DNA of 62,919 nt, the filler included, from Dicyema japonicum (lineage: Eukaryota > Animalia > Dicyemida), in NCBI GenBank assembly GCA_011109175.1. It is 14 parts of 13 records of this genome, joined end to end, with 100 filler letters (N's around TTAATTAATTAA, not from the genome) between each part and the next. Parts side by side here need not be neighbours in the genome. Positions count along the whole stretch, not along the records: positions 1 to 2,470 come from RDEW01000105.1; positions 2,571 to 6,060 come from RDEW01000107.1; positions 6,161 to 8,683 come from RDEW01000034.1; positions 8,784 to 14,887 come from RDEW01000280.1; 10 more parts are not named here. One strand, written 5' to 3'. A model generated the notes under the pieces. The model ran no database searches. It had not been told where the DNA came from and worked only from the letters and a program-made list of their open reading frames with translations. Positions 1 to 12,207 of the stretch are shown one piece after another (within the stretch, counting starts at the first letter, position 1; each line of letters opens with the position of its first letter). A program made the position numbers and the translations under genes.

Positions 1-230
1 ATTATTTATTAACTATGGGGGAGAGCGGCTGCTGACATCACGGAGTAAGCGTTTCCGCGAACAACTGCGATACCAATTATTTGCCTCAGCCAGACCGCTT
101 CCCGCACGTTTTTTTTGCGGTGAGCCAATTTTCCCCCGATTTCCTATTTTTATTGTTAATAAATTTTTGATAGTGTTCGTCAATATGTCTATTGATATCA
201 GAAAGATATTCGATTCTACCCCCAACAAAG
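1..230 (-). mobile_element. CRE-clade non-LTR retrotransposon, 3' end (REL endonuclease C-terminus)
   Basis: The minus strand translates to REAVWLRQIIGIAVVRGNAYSVMSAA followed by an AT-rich tail. A close nucleotide copy lies at 52390-52482. Confidence 0.7.
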
Positions 231-1039
231 TTCATTGATTTGATATTCCTGAATTCTTTGAAAAGATTAAATATTTAAGGAGGGAAGTGAAAGCCATCAT
301 TAGCGATGAAACCAGAGGAATAAATTTTTTGTTTGCAGTAATTAGACAGTTTGTGAAGAACTCGGCAGCAGCATCAAAAGATTAGAAAGAAGAACAATAA
401 AAATCTTTGAGTATGCGTTCTGTCTCGTTTATGTAAGAATCCCACTTTCCACGTTTATATTTTTTGTACGTCTTCGTGATCCTCCTCTTCGTAGTTTGAC
501 GGTAAAGGTATTTAACATCGGGTTGTAGTCAGTTGGGAGATCATAAAGGACATCGCATTGAGCATCATGAACATTATAATTAATTAGTAATCTTTATTAA
601 AAGACCCTTGACCTTGTTGAAAGTTACCAGATGCTCTATATTTGGGATTCTTCTAGTAAGAGCTACTAAGATGTCTCCTCTTTTGCAGATACTCATTACA
701 CTTCTTCCCCATCAGATGATTATGTTCTCCCTGTTATATACATTATTCACGGAAAAGAAAATTGGATATGCTATTTCATTTAATTTTATAAATTAGCAAA
801 ATATTCAACCTCAATCCATCTAACCAAGTTAACTGACTTGATCGTGGATGGCGGATATGCTATTTCATTTAATTTTATAAATTAGCAAAATATTCAACCT
901 CAATCCATCTAACCAAGTTAACTGACTTGATCGTGGATGAATTCAACGACATCATGGCCGGATATATCTTTTGTAAGAAACATTCGACCAAGTAATTCTG
1001 TTTCTACACATAATATTTCCGGAAATTGTCTAATGGTGC

Positions 1040-2470
1040 TAAAAGCTAGTACGAAAAGATCTAAACGAGCGACAACGACAACGAAAGTTGCAACAATGAA
1101 AACCAGCGGCTCTTCTCGTTTTCCGGGAAGTGCTAGGGTTGATTCCTGGACAATAAAACGCCGTGCGAGACAGAAGCTGCTAAATCTGCCAATGAACCTA
1201 TGAAACATGACTCCTCAGAAATGGCCAAACAAGCAAACGAACCCATGAAAGCTAACCCCACAGACAACTCGTCTCTATTGATAACAGTCAATTCAGCTAC
1301 TAGTGCGATAAGGATCGCGAACATTCTATACCTCTATGACCAGTACGGATGTATGAGGATGAGCCACAGAGGATCGGGCTCCTTCCGACTGGATTTCCTG
1401 AGACAACCCCTACATGACCACCTATATGGAAGCCGTGAATGAGACCTGTCCCTTTGGTCCGGACAACCACCGATTCAGAACACTTTCAACAAAACCGTCT
1501 GAGATTGTCCTCAAGAATCTATTTTTCTGGGTCAAGGAAGACGACCTCTTGGACTACCCCCAGGAGATGGTTTCCTCAACTACAAAAGTTACCCGAATGT
1601 CCAGAGGATCACAGCCCATGCCAATTGTGAAGGCCTCGATTAATAGTAAAGCGGAGGCCACATCGCTAATACGTTGTGGCTTCTACATTGGAACGAACAA
1701 GATCTCCTGTGAATGGATGAGGAGGCCCCCTCCTATCTGCTACAATTGTGAACGAATTGGTCACATCGCCGCCCATTGAAAAAAGAAGAGGTGCCTCAAA
1801 TGTGGAGGGGAACACGACCTTGTGTGTGAATTTTCTCCAGACGTGAAGACAAATTGTATTAATTGTGGAGGACCAGGGCATAATGCCCGTTACAGAGGAT
1901 GTCCTGCTATGAAAGAGGCATCCAAGAAAATGATCCCCATAAAGACAGAGTCAAGAAAGGAATCAGTCAAGCCAACACAAGAGATGAAGAGGACCAATAT
2001 ATCACATATTCAGGATGGGCCGGTAGAGCAAAGTGCTACACGTGAACTTAAGCAAAGCAAGGCTGAAGTTTTTGAGACGGTATTTCGGGAGTTAAGTGAA
2101 ATAATCGCACGTCTGAACAAGCTATGTACACTGCTGAAAGTGGATTTACGGAAAGCAAAGTGCTACACATGAACTTAAGCAAAGCAAGGCTGAAGTTTTT
2201 GAGACGGTATTTCGGGAGTTAAGTGAAATAATCGCACGTCTGAACAAGGTATGTACACTGCTGAAAGTGGATTTACGGAATTTGGTGGATCTGGCTGTGA
2301 AAAACGCAGGCCACCAACAAAACTATGAAAAAGTGTTTAAAAATAGTGCTGGTGAATGCTCGCTCCTTGGTGAAAACGCATGGTGAACTAGCGCTACTTG
2401 CGAAGAATGCCAAGGTTGATGTCTTGGTAGTCAACGAGACGAAAATTAAACACGAAAGATATTATAGTAT
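1040..2470 (+). mobile_element. Jockey/I-group LINE 5' part: ORF1 (gag-like, zinc knuckles) and start of ORF2 APE endonuclease, degraded
   Basis: CYNCERIGHIAAH*, CLKCGGEH..C and CINCGGPGHNARYRGC knuckles, with frameshifts and a stop at 1777-1779. ORF2 starts at 2325 with LKIVLVNARSL...DVLVVNETK (APE motif) and runs into the gap. A second copy lies at 15370-16050. Confidence 0.85.
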
Positions 2471-2570
2471 NNNNNNNNNNNNNNNNNNNNNNNNNNNNNN
2501 NNNNNNNNNNNNNNTTAATTAATTAANNNNNNNNNNNNNNNNNNNNNNNNNNNNNNNNNNNNNNNNNNNN
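2471..2570. other. Artificial contig spacer (44 N + TTAATTAATTAA + 44 N); first of 13
   Basis: The same 100-bp structure occurs at 2471, 6061, 8684, 14888, 16615, 20480, 25930, 32970, 46658, 51473, 55065, 58801 and 61243. TTAATTAATTAA puts stop codons in all six frames. Confidence 0.97.
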
Positions 2571-3359
2571 AAAATTACTAAAATTCAAAGTCTTATTACT
2601 TGATCTGGAGGAGCTAAGGTAGAGACAATGTATGCCAGTCCTAGATGGGCGACATGTGTATAAGTGTGTACCCGAATAAGTTTGGGCAAGTGAAGTTAAA
2701 ACCGAAGAATTCAGTCCTGAAATGCAATCATAAAAATGCTTGTTTTAGCCCCAAAACCGCAATTATAATAATTTGAGTTTTTCAAGTGCTAGTACAACTT
2801 TGGGAAATACAACCAGCAGTTTGGTTAAATAGAGCCATCAACGATGAATCATTAAACCTTTAGCAAATATGCGAGGAATCCAGAAAGTATTGACGGACAT
2901 CTATGATAGAAAAACAAAACACGACCAAAAATCAATTCGTTCAAGTACCACACAACAATGTTGTGTTTGATTGTCAAATGTTTTATAATTAAAATATAGA
3001 ATCCATCAAAGATATGATACAAACCTTCTCCCTTATCGGGGTTAATCTAGGATTTGAGACAAACATAAATTCAGTTAAAAGCACTTACAATATAATGGTT
3101 ATTGAACCAGGTATCTCTAATATATTACACTCTTGAAGATTTATTATGAGATGTCATCTTGTCTATATCTGTCAAAATTAAAAAAAATATAGCCGGGGAA
3201 GAAATTCCACGTGAGTGGTTCAGTCTCATTTTTCTCCTGCCACGAGACCTTTCTAACCCTAACACTTTCCTAAAAATTACAAGCAGAAAGAATTTACATT
3301 AAATAAACCATTTAAAAGAATGAAGGATTTAGATTTTGTGTAAGATTCACCGACTTTTA

Positions 3360-3719
3360 GCCGGGTGGCGACTTTTAGCCGGTAGCCGGGTGGCGTAGTG
3401 GTTAGGTGTCGGGCTTAAGTGGCTTAGGCTACGGGTTCGAATCTCGCTGCTGTTCACCTGGTGGAAGGTTCCACGCATCTACGATGCAGAAATGGTTTGA
3501 CGAGTGACGCCGTCATCAGTGAATACTCACTGCGGAACTGGATTTGTCTAGAAAGGACACTCACACAAGAAAAGAAAAAAAAGAAGTGAAGATCATTCCT
3601 TGGTTCTACGATTAGTTAAAATTAACTGTTCTTTACTTAAATAAAGTGTGTGTCTGCCTATGCGGAGCTATAAAATACTATGGCTCTCGTGAAAAGGCTT
3701 TATTATTATTATTATTATT
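3360..3719 (+). mobile_element. Full-length tRNA-derived SINE with RTE-LINE-like 3' end and 15-bp TSD
   Basis: A box TGGCGTAGTGG, B box GGTTCGAATCT and a (TTA)n tail. The direct repeat ATTCACCGACTTTTA flanks it at 3345-3359 and 3720-3734. Other copies are at 16345-16613, 51770-52130 and 56907-57102. Confidence 0.9.
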
Positions 3720-5949
3720 ATTCACCGACTTTTATAATTTTTACTTAAACGACTCCCAATCCTGGGCCCAGTTATATATCAAGGGGTAAAATTTCTTTAG
3801 CAAATTGTTATAGTCTTTAATCATTTAGACCTCTTCATTGAAGGTTATATTGATAAGCTAAAATTCAATCACAACCGGTGACAATTATTAACCACAGATG
3901 GCGTGGGTTTTGTCCATTCTATTTTGTCTCGACTGAATATTACGTAAAGTCCCACATAAATAATTATATTTGTCCAAAATATAAGCTTTTAAGTAAAAAA
4001 TACAATCTTGGGAGATATATGGTATCAGACTTGACAACGATTCGAAGCATAATTTCGTACGATGAATTAAGTGAGGATACCTTCACAACTCGGCTATTCG
4101 CTCTCAAAATGATGTGTCGAGCCTCCGCTTCGAGAACCACAGTTCCAGCTTTTCAAGCATTTGTTGCATTTCGCTATCTCAGAATTGGAAAAAATTAACA
4201 GTTAGTGTGTTGGGAAAAGGAAATATACTTTTTATGATAAATCAATGTCTTTACGTGGTTCTTTAGAGAGTCTATCACTAACCCTGACTCTTTACGAAGA
4301 ATCAGGTCAATTAACAAGGAAGTTGCAGGAATTTTTGACTAATTTCACTGTTTATGCTGGAAAAATCATGGATAAGGTAGAAAAATCGATTTCGACGACT
4401 TGTCGTACCAGGAAGACTCGTCACCTCATGGTGGACGAGAACTGATCTTCGCAAACTGGCATATATCGTATTCTATTATTACTTGACACCTTTGAGTTTT
4501 CCAAGAGTAACTGTGGAGATTGTGAGGGGAGGGGCGAGGATGTCGTGATGAAAGTTTTGAACGAAATAAGAATTCGAGGATGAATTAACTGAAGGATTGA
4601 GTTTTTAAAAGGCTTAAGTTCTCCATGGAGATTGTGTAAATGTGATGATGGAGTACCGATTTGAAGAAGGTGATTGATGAATCCTTTCTACACGCACAAA
4701 AAAAAGAATACATGATGAAAGCTAATCATTGTTGTAGTTAATAAAGAACCAAAATTTTAGCCAAATTCCATGTAAAGTATTATCCACGACTGAAAGCAGG
4801 CTCATCGACCGGTTTATTTTCTGCATGATTGTTGTATAAACGATTGAAGAGATAAGCAGGAAATTTTTGTACTTCCTAAGAGTCCTAAATGTATGCTCAC
4901 ACTCAAAAGACATTCGCCAAACCCACTGGTTTGTTCAGTTGATATTTATTGCTATTGTAAAAGGATATACAGGTGTGTCCATAGGCGTGCTCTGTCATAT
5001 TATAAATTTCGAGATATACAGGTGTGTCCATAGGCGTGCTCTGTCATCTCTCTGTCATATTATAAATTTCCGGGGGTATATAAATAATAAAATAATCAAA
5101 GGAATATAAAATTAATAAAAAGTGGGAACTTTGACCAGCCATAATCTTCTTGGGAACATTACACCATTTATTTCACTATCCAAAGATATTCTTTGATATG
5201 AAAAAGTATGGATTGAATGTAGTCTGAAATCCGTCCCCTCCCAAAGTAAAATGAAAGATCTTATGACATCAATCCATTCATGAATTCCCAAATTCTCAAA
5301 GACCATTAAAATTATGATGGAGTTGTACTAGAGTAATGGCCCTTAACTCAATATTCAGGATTAGTTTGGTGACATTTGACAGAACAAAGAGGACCGAGTC
5401 AAAAAGACATGAAAAAGTTAGAAAATTGGGCATAAACTCTGGTTTAAGATGCTTTTACAATTTAAATAAGATAATGATTTTTTTATTAAGTCGACATAAA
5501 TCAAAACAAAATTATTTTCGGAATGAGGAAATCTTTGAAATGTAAATTGAACAAATAAAAGAGTTTGTTGAGTCCAGGGAGATAAAAGACGTGAGATTAA
5601 GACTATGACAAAACAGATCCCTTAATTCTCTCGAAAAAGAATAAAGTCATCTTTGCAAAAAAAGGAATAATTAAGAAACCAATTTTACTTGAAAGGATAC
5701 TTTACTCGTGGAAAAGTGATAAAAGCTTTGCAGAGATCGATGGTGGTAAAAATGTGGAAAAGAAATTGAAGCAGTTATTAATCTCAGACTTTGAATAGCC
5801 GCCTCGCTACATATTGGTCTTAAAGTGTGTGGGAAACGAAAATGTCTTTGTGGACGTTTGATCTATCCATATGGTTACCATTCAATGTCATCGGATCACA
5901 TTATTTTTTTGGTTGAGGTTCACAAGATGTCTTCTTCATGCAATCAATC

Positions 5950-6060
5950 TTCCCTGTTCTCTACTGGATCATTCAATGTGAGAGGACTCACATCATACGT
6001 AAAAAGACAACACTTAGGTGGAGACCTCCAACGATACGAAATATCTGTATTCCGTCTCTA
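5950..6060 (+). mobile_element. LINE APE endonuclease N-terminal fragment (RTE-like), cut by gap
   Basis: STGSFNVRGLTSYVKRQHLGGDLQRYEISV resembles the GTFNVRGL...DL..Y.ID motif at the start of APE domains. Confidence 0.65.
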
Positions 6061-6899
6061 NNNNNNNNNNNNNNNNNNNNNNNNNNNNNNNNNNNNNNNN
6101 NNNNTTAATTAATTAANNNNNNNNNNNNNNNNNNNNNNNNNNNNNNNNNNNNNNNNNNNNAAGAGTCAAAGAGTGAACTACGGAAAGTCAAGTCAAAACG
6201 GAAGAATCCAGGTAAATCCCTTACAAAGAGGGATTTTTTGGAAATGCTCAAACCTGAGTGAGGATTTTGTATGACTGTTGCTTGATTATTGTATTTTTAT
6301 CATATTTTATTTTAAATCTTAATTTATGTTCTACATTATTATCATTGAGATAATTGGCGGGAAATCACTGCCTTTTCTCAAGAGACTGAGACGTATACAA
6401 TCAGTGGTTGATCTCCGTTGCTATCGTGAAAGGCACTACTGCATTTTTATGTCGGAGGGATCCATAGTTAGAATTTATAATCAAATAAAAAATCTATTTT
6501 AACTGAGAGACCAGGATTGCGTGAACGATCCTTCTGATTGCTGCCATTTCGAGCCTCTGTCTCAACCAAAGTCTTTCGCAGGGTTCTCTTTGAAGCGGTC
6601 CTTCTTCCTATATTGGAGAGAAAGGTCATCTTTCCCATGACCAGAATTAGACTTATATTGATTATAAAGTATTTATGTAAAATTGGTTAGACCATACCAC
6701 GTGCATAAGTAACAAAATTTGTTCATTTATTTCGGCTTCTTTTAGATGTGAGTTATCCCATTAAAGGATTATCTGAAGACTAATCTTATAGACTATGGAA
6801 ATTACCTTGACTTAACCAAATAGTAAATTGTCCACTTTACTATGAGGGATCTGGAATCATGACAAAACGAGCACATGATTAACAGAACTCATTCTCAAG

Positions 6900-8340
6900 A
6901 GGAAATGAAAAAGGGGATGAAACAATAACTATTTGTAATGCTAGTCCAATCTCAGTTCGGACACTTTTCACAAAACGATTCAAACATACTGGCACATGGT
7001 AAAGAGTCCAGGGTTTGCTTCCTTTGGAACAAACTCCTAGTTACGTTAATTGGAGTTACTAGGAGCTATTCACATATCTTCATCCAGTCTCTTATGAAGG
7101 TGATCTTTACATCAGATCCTCTCGACTTCTTCGCCCAGTAAACCATCCTTCGAGCCCATAGATGAGAGATATTACTTGGTTTAAAGATCTACAGGTAGTA
7201 GTTGGGGCAAGTGATCACTTCCTAGATCTTCCAGTACCTCAGGTTTCTCTGCTTGTTTGATCAAGGTTNAGTCCAGGGTTTGCTTCCTTTGCAACAAACT
7301 CCTAGTTACGTTAATTGGAGTTACTAGGAGCTATTCACATATCTTTTAGTCTTCATCCAGTCTCTTATGAAGGTGATCTTTACATCAGGTCCTCTCGACT
7401 TCTTCGCGCAGTAAACCATCCTTTGAGCCCATAGATGAGAGATATTACTTGGTTTAAAGATCTACAGGTAGTAGTTGGGGCAAGTGATCACTTCCTAGAT
7501 CTTCCAGTACCTCAGGTTTCTCTGCTTGTTTGATCAAGGTTGGAGAAAATAGAAAAACACCAAGCTTATCCACCAATGGGTGGATTCCTCCGATACGAAG
7601 ACACTCAATCTAGGATCTTCTAATACTTTTTTATATAATGACTCTTCAGGTTGCAGTGATGAAGGATCAACTGTCTAGTTTTTATTTCCAGATCCCCGGG
7701 TTAAAAATCCAACCATAATCGTCCAGGATCGGTGTTTTGCCTCCTTTGAGCTTTGTTTCATCTTGTATTTATTTCCTCAGGTTTCTGTGTCCGGAATGTC
7801 ACAGTTGATTCGATTATATTCTGCATTAAGTCTCTCAAATAGTGGGACCAGCATAGAGACATCTCTAAAAATTTGGCAGAAATGTGCTACGTGTTTGAAG
7901 GATTGGCATGTATTACATGGTTATTGGGTTATAAGCCCAGCCACTGTGTATCTTCTCTATCTTATCGAGAAATCTAGTCACAATCGGCGACTTCTTATGA
8001 TGACTAGACGGTCAGTCTATCAACATGGAGTTTTCCTTCCATCAACAAGAAGGCAGAAGGTGTCAAGTATTTTACGAAGCCGAGAAAGTCATCCTCTTCT
8101 TTCCATAAAGATAGGTTCTTTAGAATTAACTTGACAGCTAATCCATAATGTCCGTAATTTTGTGGATTCTCTCTGATCCCGTCAAGTGGCCACCAGCGAT
8201 TTAATCGCCTTCCGGAATTCCAGCATGGGAATTCGATCGGGATGTCTTTATTCAGGACTGATTCCATCGCATGGATAACTTCTCCCCCTAATGAATTTCC
8301 TTGTTTTTTTGCGGAAACGCATGAAACCACGGTCAACTAA
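6900..8340 (-). mobile_element. Degraded Jockey/I-like LINE (ORF1 knuckle plus APE remnant)
   Basis: The minus strand gives CNTCQSFKHVAHFC (CCHC knuckle) and EVLEDLGSDHLP (APE SDH motif). About 280 bp are duplicated around the single n at 7269. Confidence 0.6.
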
Positions 8341-8783
8341 TATGAGCCACAGTAGTCTTTTTTACGATTGGACTAACTCCTTTAATTATGTGACGTAAAT
8401 TTCAAACCTTCTAATACCACTTTCACACATAGGTGGTATTCTGTATTCATGATCCACCATTTATATTGGTTATTTCCAACTTCACTTTTTCCAATCTTGT
8501 TAACATCATTTTCACATCTTCACTTTTCTTTTAAGAACCTTGGTCACTCCGGTATACGCAAATGTCAGTATGATAGAAAAGGAAGAAGATGACTTAATGG
8601 GAGCATTTCCTTAAAAATTGTCGGGGGGAATTATGTATTCAATTTTGAGAGCGGCCAGCCATGAATGAACGGAACTTTTAGTANNNNNNNNNNNNNNNNN
8701 NNNNNNNNNNNNNNNNNNNNNNNNNNNTTAATTAATTAANNNNNNNNNNNNNNNNNNNNNNNNNNNNNNNNNNNNNNNNNNNN

Positions 8784-9640
8784 CAACGAGATAGTAAGAA
8801 ATCTTCATCTTCTACTATGCAATAAGTATGGTATTCGCCACAGCAAAAAGTTGCGGACTCATAAGGTGCAATCTGTACTAGAGAACACCAGGGTCCAAAT
8901 TAAGGTAGACAGTGTTATCCGTACCTCGGTGCTAGTCAAGCATAATAACCGGACATTGTGGTACACGATAAGGAGTCTGGCCAAGTCCATATCATAGAGG
9001 TTGGCATCACACGTCTCAAGACCGTTTGCAGACTGTGAAGGTGGAAAAAAAAGGAAGTATGACTTTCTTGCAAACGAGATGGGACAGATGCTTGGTTGCA
9101 AGGTCCTCGTGATTCCTACAGTAATGAAGTTGGAAAGAATTGCAACAAAGTACCACAAGGGTTTTCTGAAGCAGTTGGGGGTAGATAGGAAGCTCCAGGC
9201 CTATCAACAGTCNCTTATCATAGAGGTTGGCATCACGTCTCAAGACCGTTTGCAGACTGTGAAGGTGGAAAAAAAAGGAAGTATGACTTTCTTGCAAACG
9301 AGATGGGACAGATGCTTGGTTGCAAGGTCCTCGTGATTCCTACAGTAATGAAGTTGGAAAGAATTGCAACAAAGTACCACAAGGGTTTTCTGAAGCAGTT
9401 GGGGGTAGATAGGAAGCTCCAGGCCTATCAACAGTCTACTGTGTTAAAGCAAACCGTAGAGAGCCTGACACTGAAGTATAGGAAGCAGAGCCCTGAGATG
9501 CCACATGGGCAGAGGGTTCAAAGCGCTCTCGGAATTGTTTCAGCAACCAGAATCGAACCTCCCTGAGGAGGCTGGCGAACAGGTAGGCAAGGAAGGTTGT
9601 TGATTATTAAATATATTAACTTTTTTATTGTTTGTTAAAT
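8784..9640 (+). mobile_element. R4/Dong-like REL non-LTR retrotransposon, 3' fragment
   Basis: KPDIVVHDKESG..IIEVGITSQDRLQTVKVEKKRKYDFLANEM (PD..E.K endonuclease). It shares its 3' UTR (ttgattattaaatatattaacttttttattgtttgttaaataaag) with the copies ending near 17720 and 28715. Confidence 0.9.
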
Positions 9641-9889
9641 AAAGTAGTTTTTTTTTAAAGTTTAATATGTAACTTATGAATTAATTAACCTAATTTAAGA
9701 TTAGATCCCCATCATGGAATAATGTTAGCGTGCTGTCATGTGGTTCACCTTTTATGGTGGCGCTCAGAGTCGAATAACACCAAAAAATTTATTTTCTCTT
9801 CCTCATCCAGACTTCTCGTTTGTCTGGATGGTATACCTCAACTGGAAATTCGAGATGTTGTTTGTTCCCGTGGATCCTATTGCTTTCTA

Positions 9890-10150
9890 GATATATTGAA
9901 CAAAACCATAGACCAAAACCCCTTGTTATTATGCATCTCAATGCTAACGGAATAAGAACAATCATTTTGGAGTTACGATGTCTATCATCGAAGCACAATA
10001 TTTACATTTTCCTTATCTAGGAGTCTAAACTTTTTACAAATAATACAACCATATTTTTATCTGTATACATCTTTATCAGAAAAGACCGTATTTGACGTGG
10101 TGGCGGATTACTTACCATTTTTAAAAATGTTATCCTTCAACGACGTAAGC
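9890..10150 (+). mobile_element. Degraded APE endonuclease fragment of a Jockey/I-like LINE
   Basis: LVIMHLNANGIRTIILELRCLSSKHNIYIFLI*ESKL followed by an R.D....GGGL-like remnant. Confidence 0.6.
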
Positions 10151-10626
10151 TCGCAAATGAATGATTTAATTCTACACGACAGGACTCCAGCGACAAAACG
10201 ACAGGACTCTGTAAAATTAAACCCCACTTGCCCGACTGCCATTTTAACATGGTTTCAAATGTGAGCGTTCAACTACGACACATTTGACTTCATTGTCTAA
10301 ATTTATATCAGAAGAGTTCAACGAACTGAAACGCCATCTACGGACAAGATTGGTCATTCTTTTCCGAGAACATTACACACAAAAAGTGTTTTGACACCAC
10401 CATTCATTGTAAAGATGGATAGCCAATTTTCTTTCCAGATGAAGAGGACGTGTCTGTGTAGGCCATCACGATCGATGTCCCGTTTTCCACGAAATCGCTT
10501 TCCTCAACGATCGCCCATCTCTCAAGTGGTATTTAATTTATTCCTAAACTATTTAACATGTCCTGGAGCAGTGGTCTCAACGAGGGGCTAATCGTCGCTT
10601 TTTAACGACTTTTTTTTTGTGAACGG

Positions 10627-10667
10627 TAACCCTAACCCTAACCTTAACCCTAACCCTAACCCTAACC
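10627..10667. repeat. Interstitial telomere-type (TAACCC)n tract, about 7 units
   Basis: taaccc taaccc taacct taaccc taaccc taaccc taacc read directly from the sequence. Confidence 0.9.
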
Positions 10668-11089
10668 ATTGTCAACAATAGTCCTCAAGGAGCACATTGT
10701 CATATGAAAAATTAAAGACGAATAAATATTTGAGTCATATATTATTCATCATCATTTGATAAACCAAAAGACTAGAGAGTAAACGGTTATATAAAGCCTG
10801 CCCTGACTTTGTGGCTATACCCTCTTAAGATAGCAATTGAGATTTGCTCAAATAGTCTGAAGATATATAACATTATATTATATTTCATTTATTATTATTA
10901 TTATTAAACCAAAAAACCATAGCATATCCAAAATAAACTTCGATTGCAATGTGGTACAGTATTTCCCAATGAGGGGATGAAGCCATCGCGCTCAATCGAA
11001 CATTTTAAGCTTAAAATCCTAACTCAATTGGAAAAAAACTGAATTTTTTGAATTAAAAAAGAATTATGAATATAAAAACTTTAATTTCA

Positions 11090-11755
11090 AAATTTTGTTA
11101 TCTACTTGCAAATAGTTATTCATCAATTCTCCGAACAACTGTATCGCTGCTTAGATGTAAGTTTATAAAATTTTTTTAATTTCTGAAGTACAACATTTTA
11201 CAGTAAATATAAGGATAGCTTTCAAATAAATTCTCCATCTGAACACTGCTTCATTTTTTTTTCAAGTAGATAACAAATTTTGAAAGAAGCTATTGTAGCG
11301 AATCTTGATGACATGGCTGTTTAAACAAAGTGGTTTGTAGTTTGCAATTTGATTTCATAGATAGAAATTTGATTTTTTTGATTCACTTTGAAATGAATCA
11401 TATACTGAAGAATGTTTCATATAATGCCTTTCGACATTATATAACTTAAGACATCCTATAACAAAATGATAAATCAGGCAAATTGCTTTGCCATTTTCGT
11501 CAAAAACGAAAAATTGTTCTTCCCATTCGTTAGTTAAATGCACGATTTTCTTGAATAAGTTTTCTACTTCTTTTAGGACGTTTTCCGACATCACCAGCAA
11601 TATTAATTAAAATTTAATACAAAAAATATTTAATTTAAAAATAATAGTTAAAATATATAGTTAAAATAGCTGCATAATGAAAATTATGTAATATTTTTTT
11701 TATAATTTTAAGCGGGCCGCAACAAAATCTGGGGGGCCGCCGTTGAGAATCCCTG
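11090..11755 (-). mobile_element. hAT transposon relic (GTF2IRD2/EPM2AIP1/SPIN-like), left end plus zinc finger
   Basis: EWEEQFFVFDENGKAICLIY...LKLYNVERHY, then ASFKICYLLEKKMKQCSDGEF. The terminus CAGGGATTCTCAAC ends at 11755, and a related end lies at about 23147-23220. Confidence 0.75.
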
Positions 11756-12039
11756 CTGTTAAAGATGCCAATTGGAAACAGTTCATCACTCAACTAAACA
11801 CTGCACTAAAATTTTCGAATTCTGGAACGATTTTAAAATTATTGCCAATTCTAAAAATAACTCTTCAGTTTCACACTGATGTGGTTATAATAACGAATAC
11901 AAATAAAATTTCATTGTCATTCTATCCATTACGATAACAACCTCATCTGTGGCAGACCTTATTAAAAATGCCTAATAATCAAAATGCCTAATAATCAACT
12001 GCTATGGCCCCGAGTTATTTAAACAACCTTAGCGATTGG

Positions 12040-12207
12040 GGAATACAGACACTCACAACTAAGGGAATTGGTGAAATTATGTCTTCGTCGAACTCTTAAA
12101 CCTCATGCTGATGCCCATACTATTGGGGAATACAGACACTCACAACTAAGGGAATTGGTGAAATTATGTCTTCGTCGAACTCTTAAACCTCATGCTGATG
12201 CCCATAC
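12040..12207. repeat. Tandem duplication of about 84 bp
   Basis: attggggaatacagacactcacaactaagggaattggtgaaattatgtcttcgtcgaactcttaaacctcatgctgatgcccatact occurs twice head to tail. Confidence 0.85.

Noticed and set aside
765-940. Short head-to-tail duplications (765-940, 2038-2280, 4964-5070)
   Set aside because: They have two copies only and no functional signature, and cannot be distinguished from assembly slippage.
2515-2526. Recurring TTAATTAATTAA palindrome as a biological motif
   Set aside because: It is always centred in exactly 44+44 N, so it is a synthetic six-frame stop linker.
3385-3455. tRNA gene
   Set aside because: It has A and B boxes but no closed acceptor or anticodon stem, and it continues into a repeated body with a tail and TSD, so it is a SINE head.
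4955-4970. ATATCCTTT on the minus strand as a U12-type AT-AC donor
   Set aside because: It is not within any recognisable gene, and there is no downstream TCCTTAAC branch site or AC acceptor.
6990-7545. Tandem duplications flanking single n characters (also about 8985-9420 and about 27080-27210)
   Set aside because: The duplicated blocks meet exactly at an n, which is typical of unmerged contig overlaps.
10627-10667. True chromosome end
   Set aside because: The tract is only 41 bp, degenerate and flanked by unique sequence on both sides.
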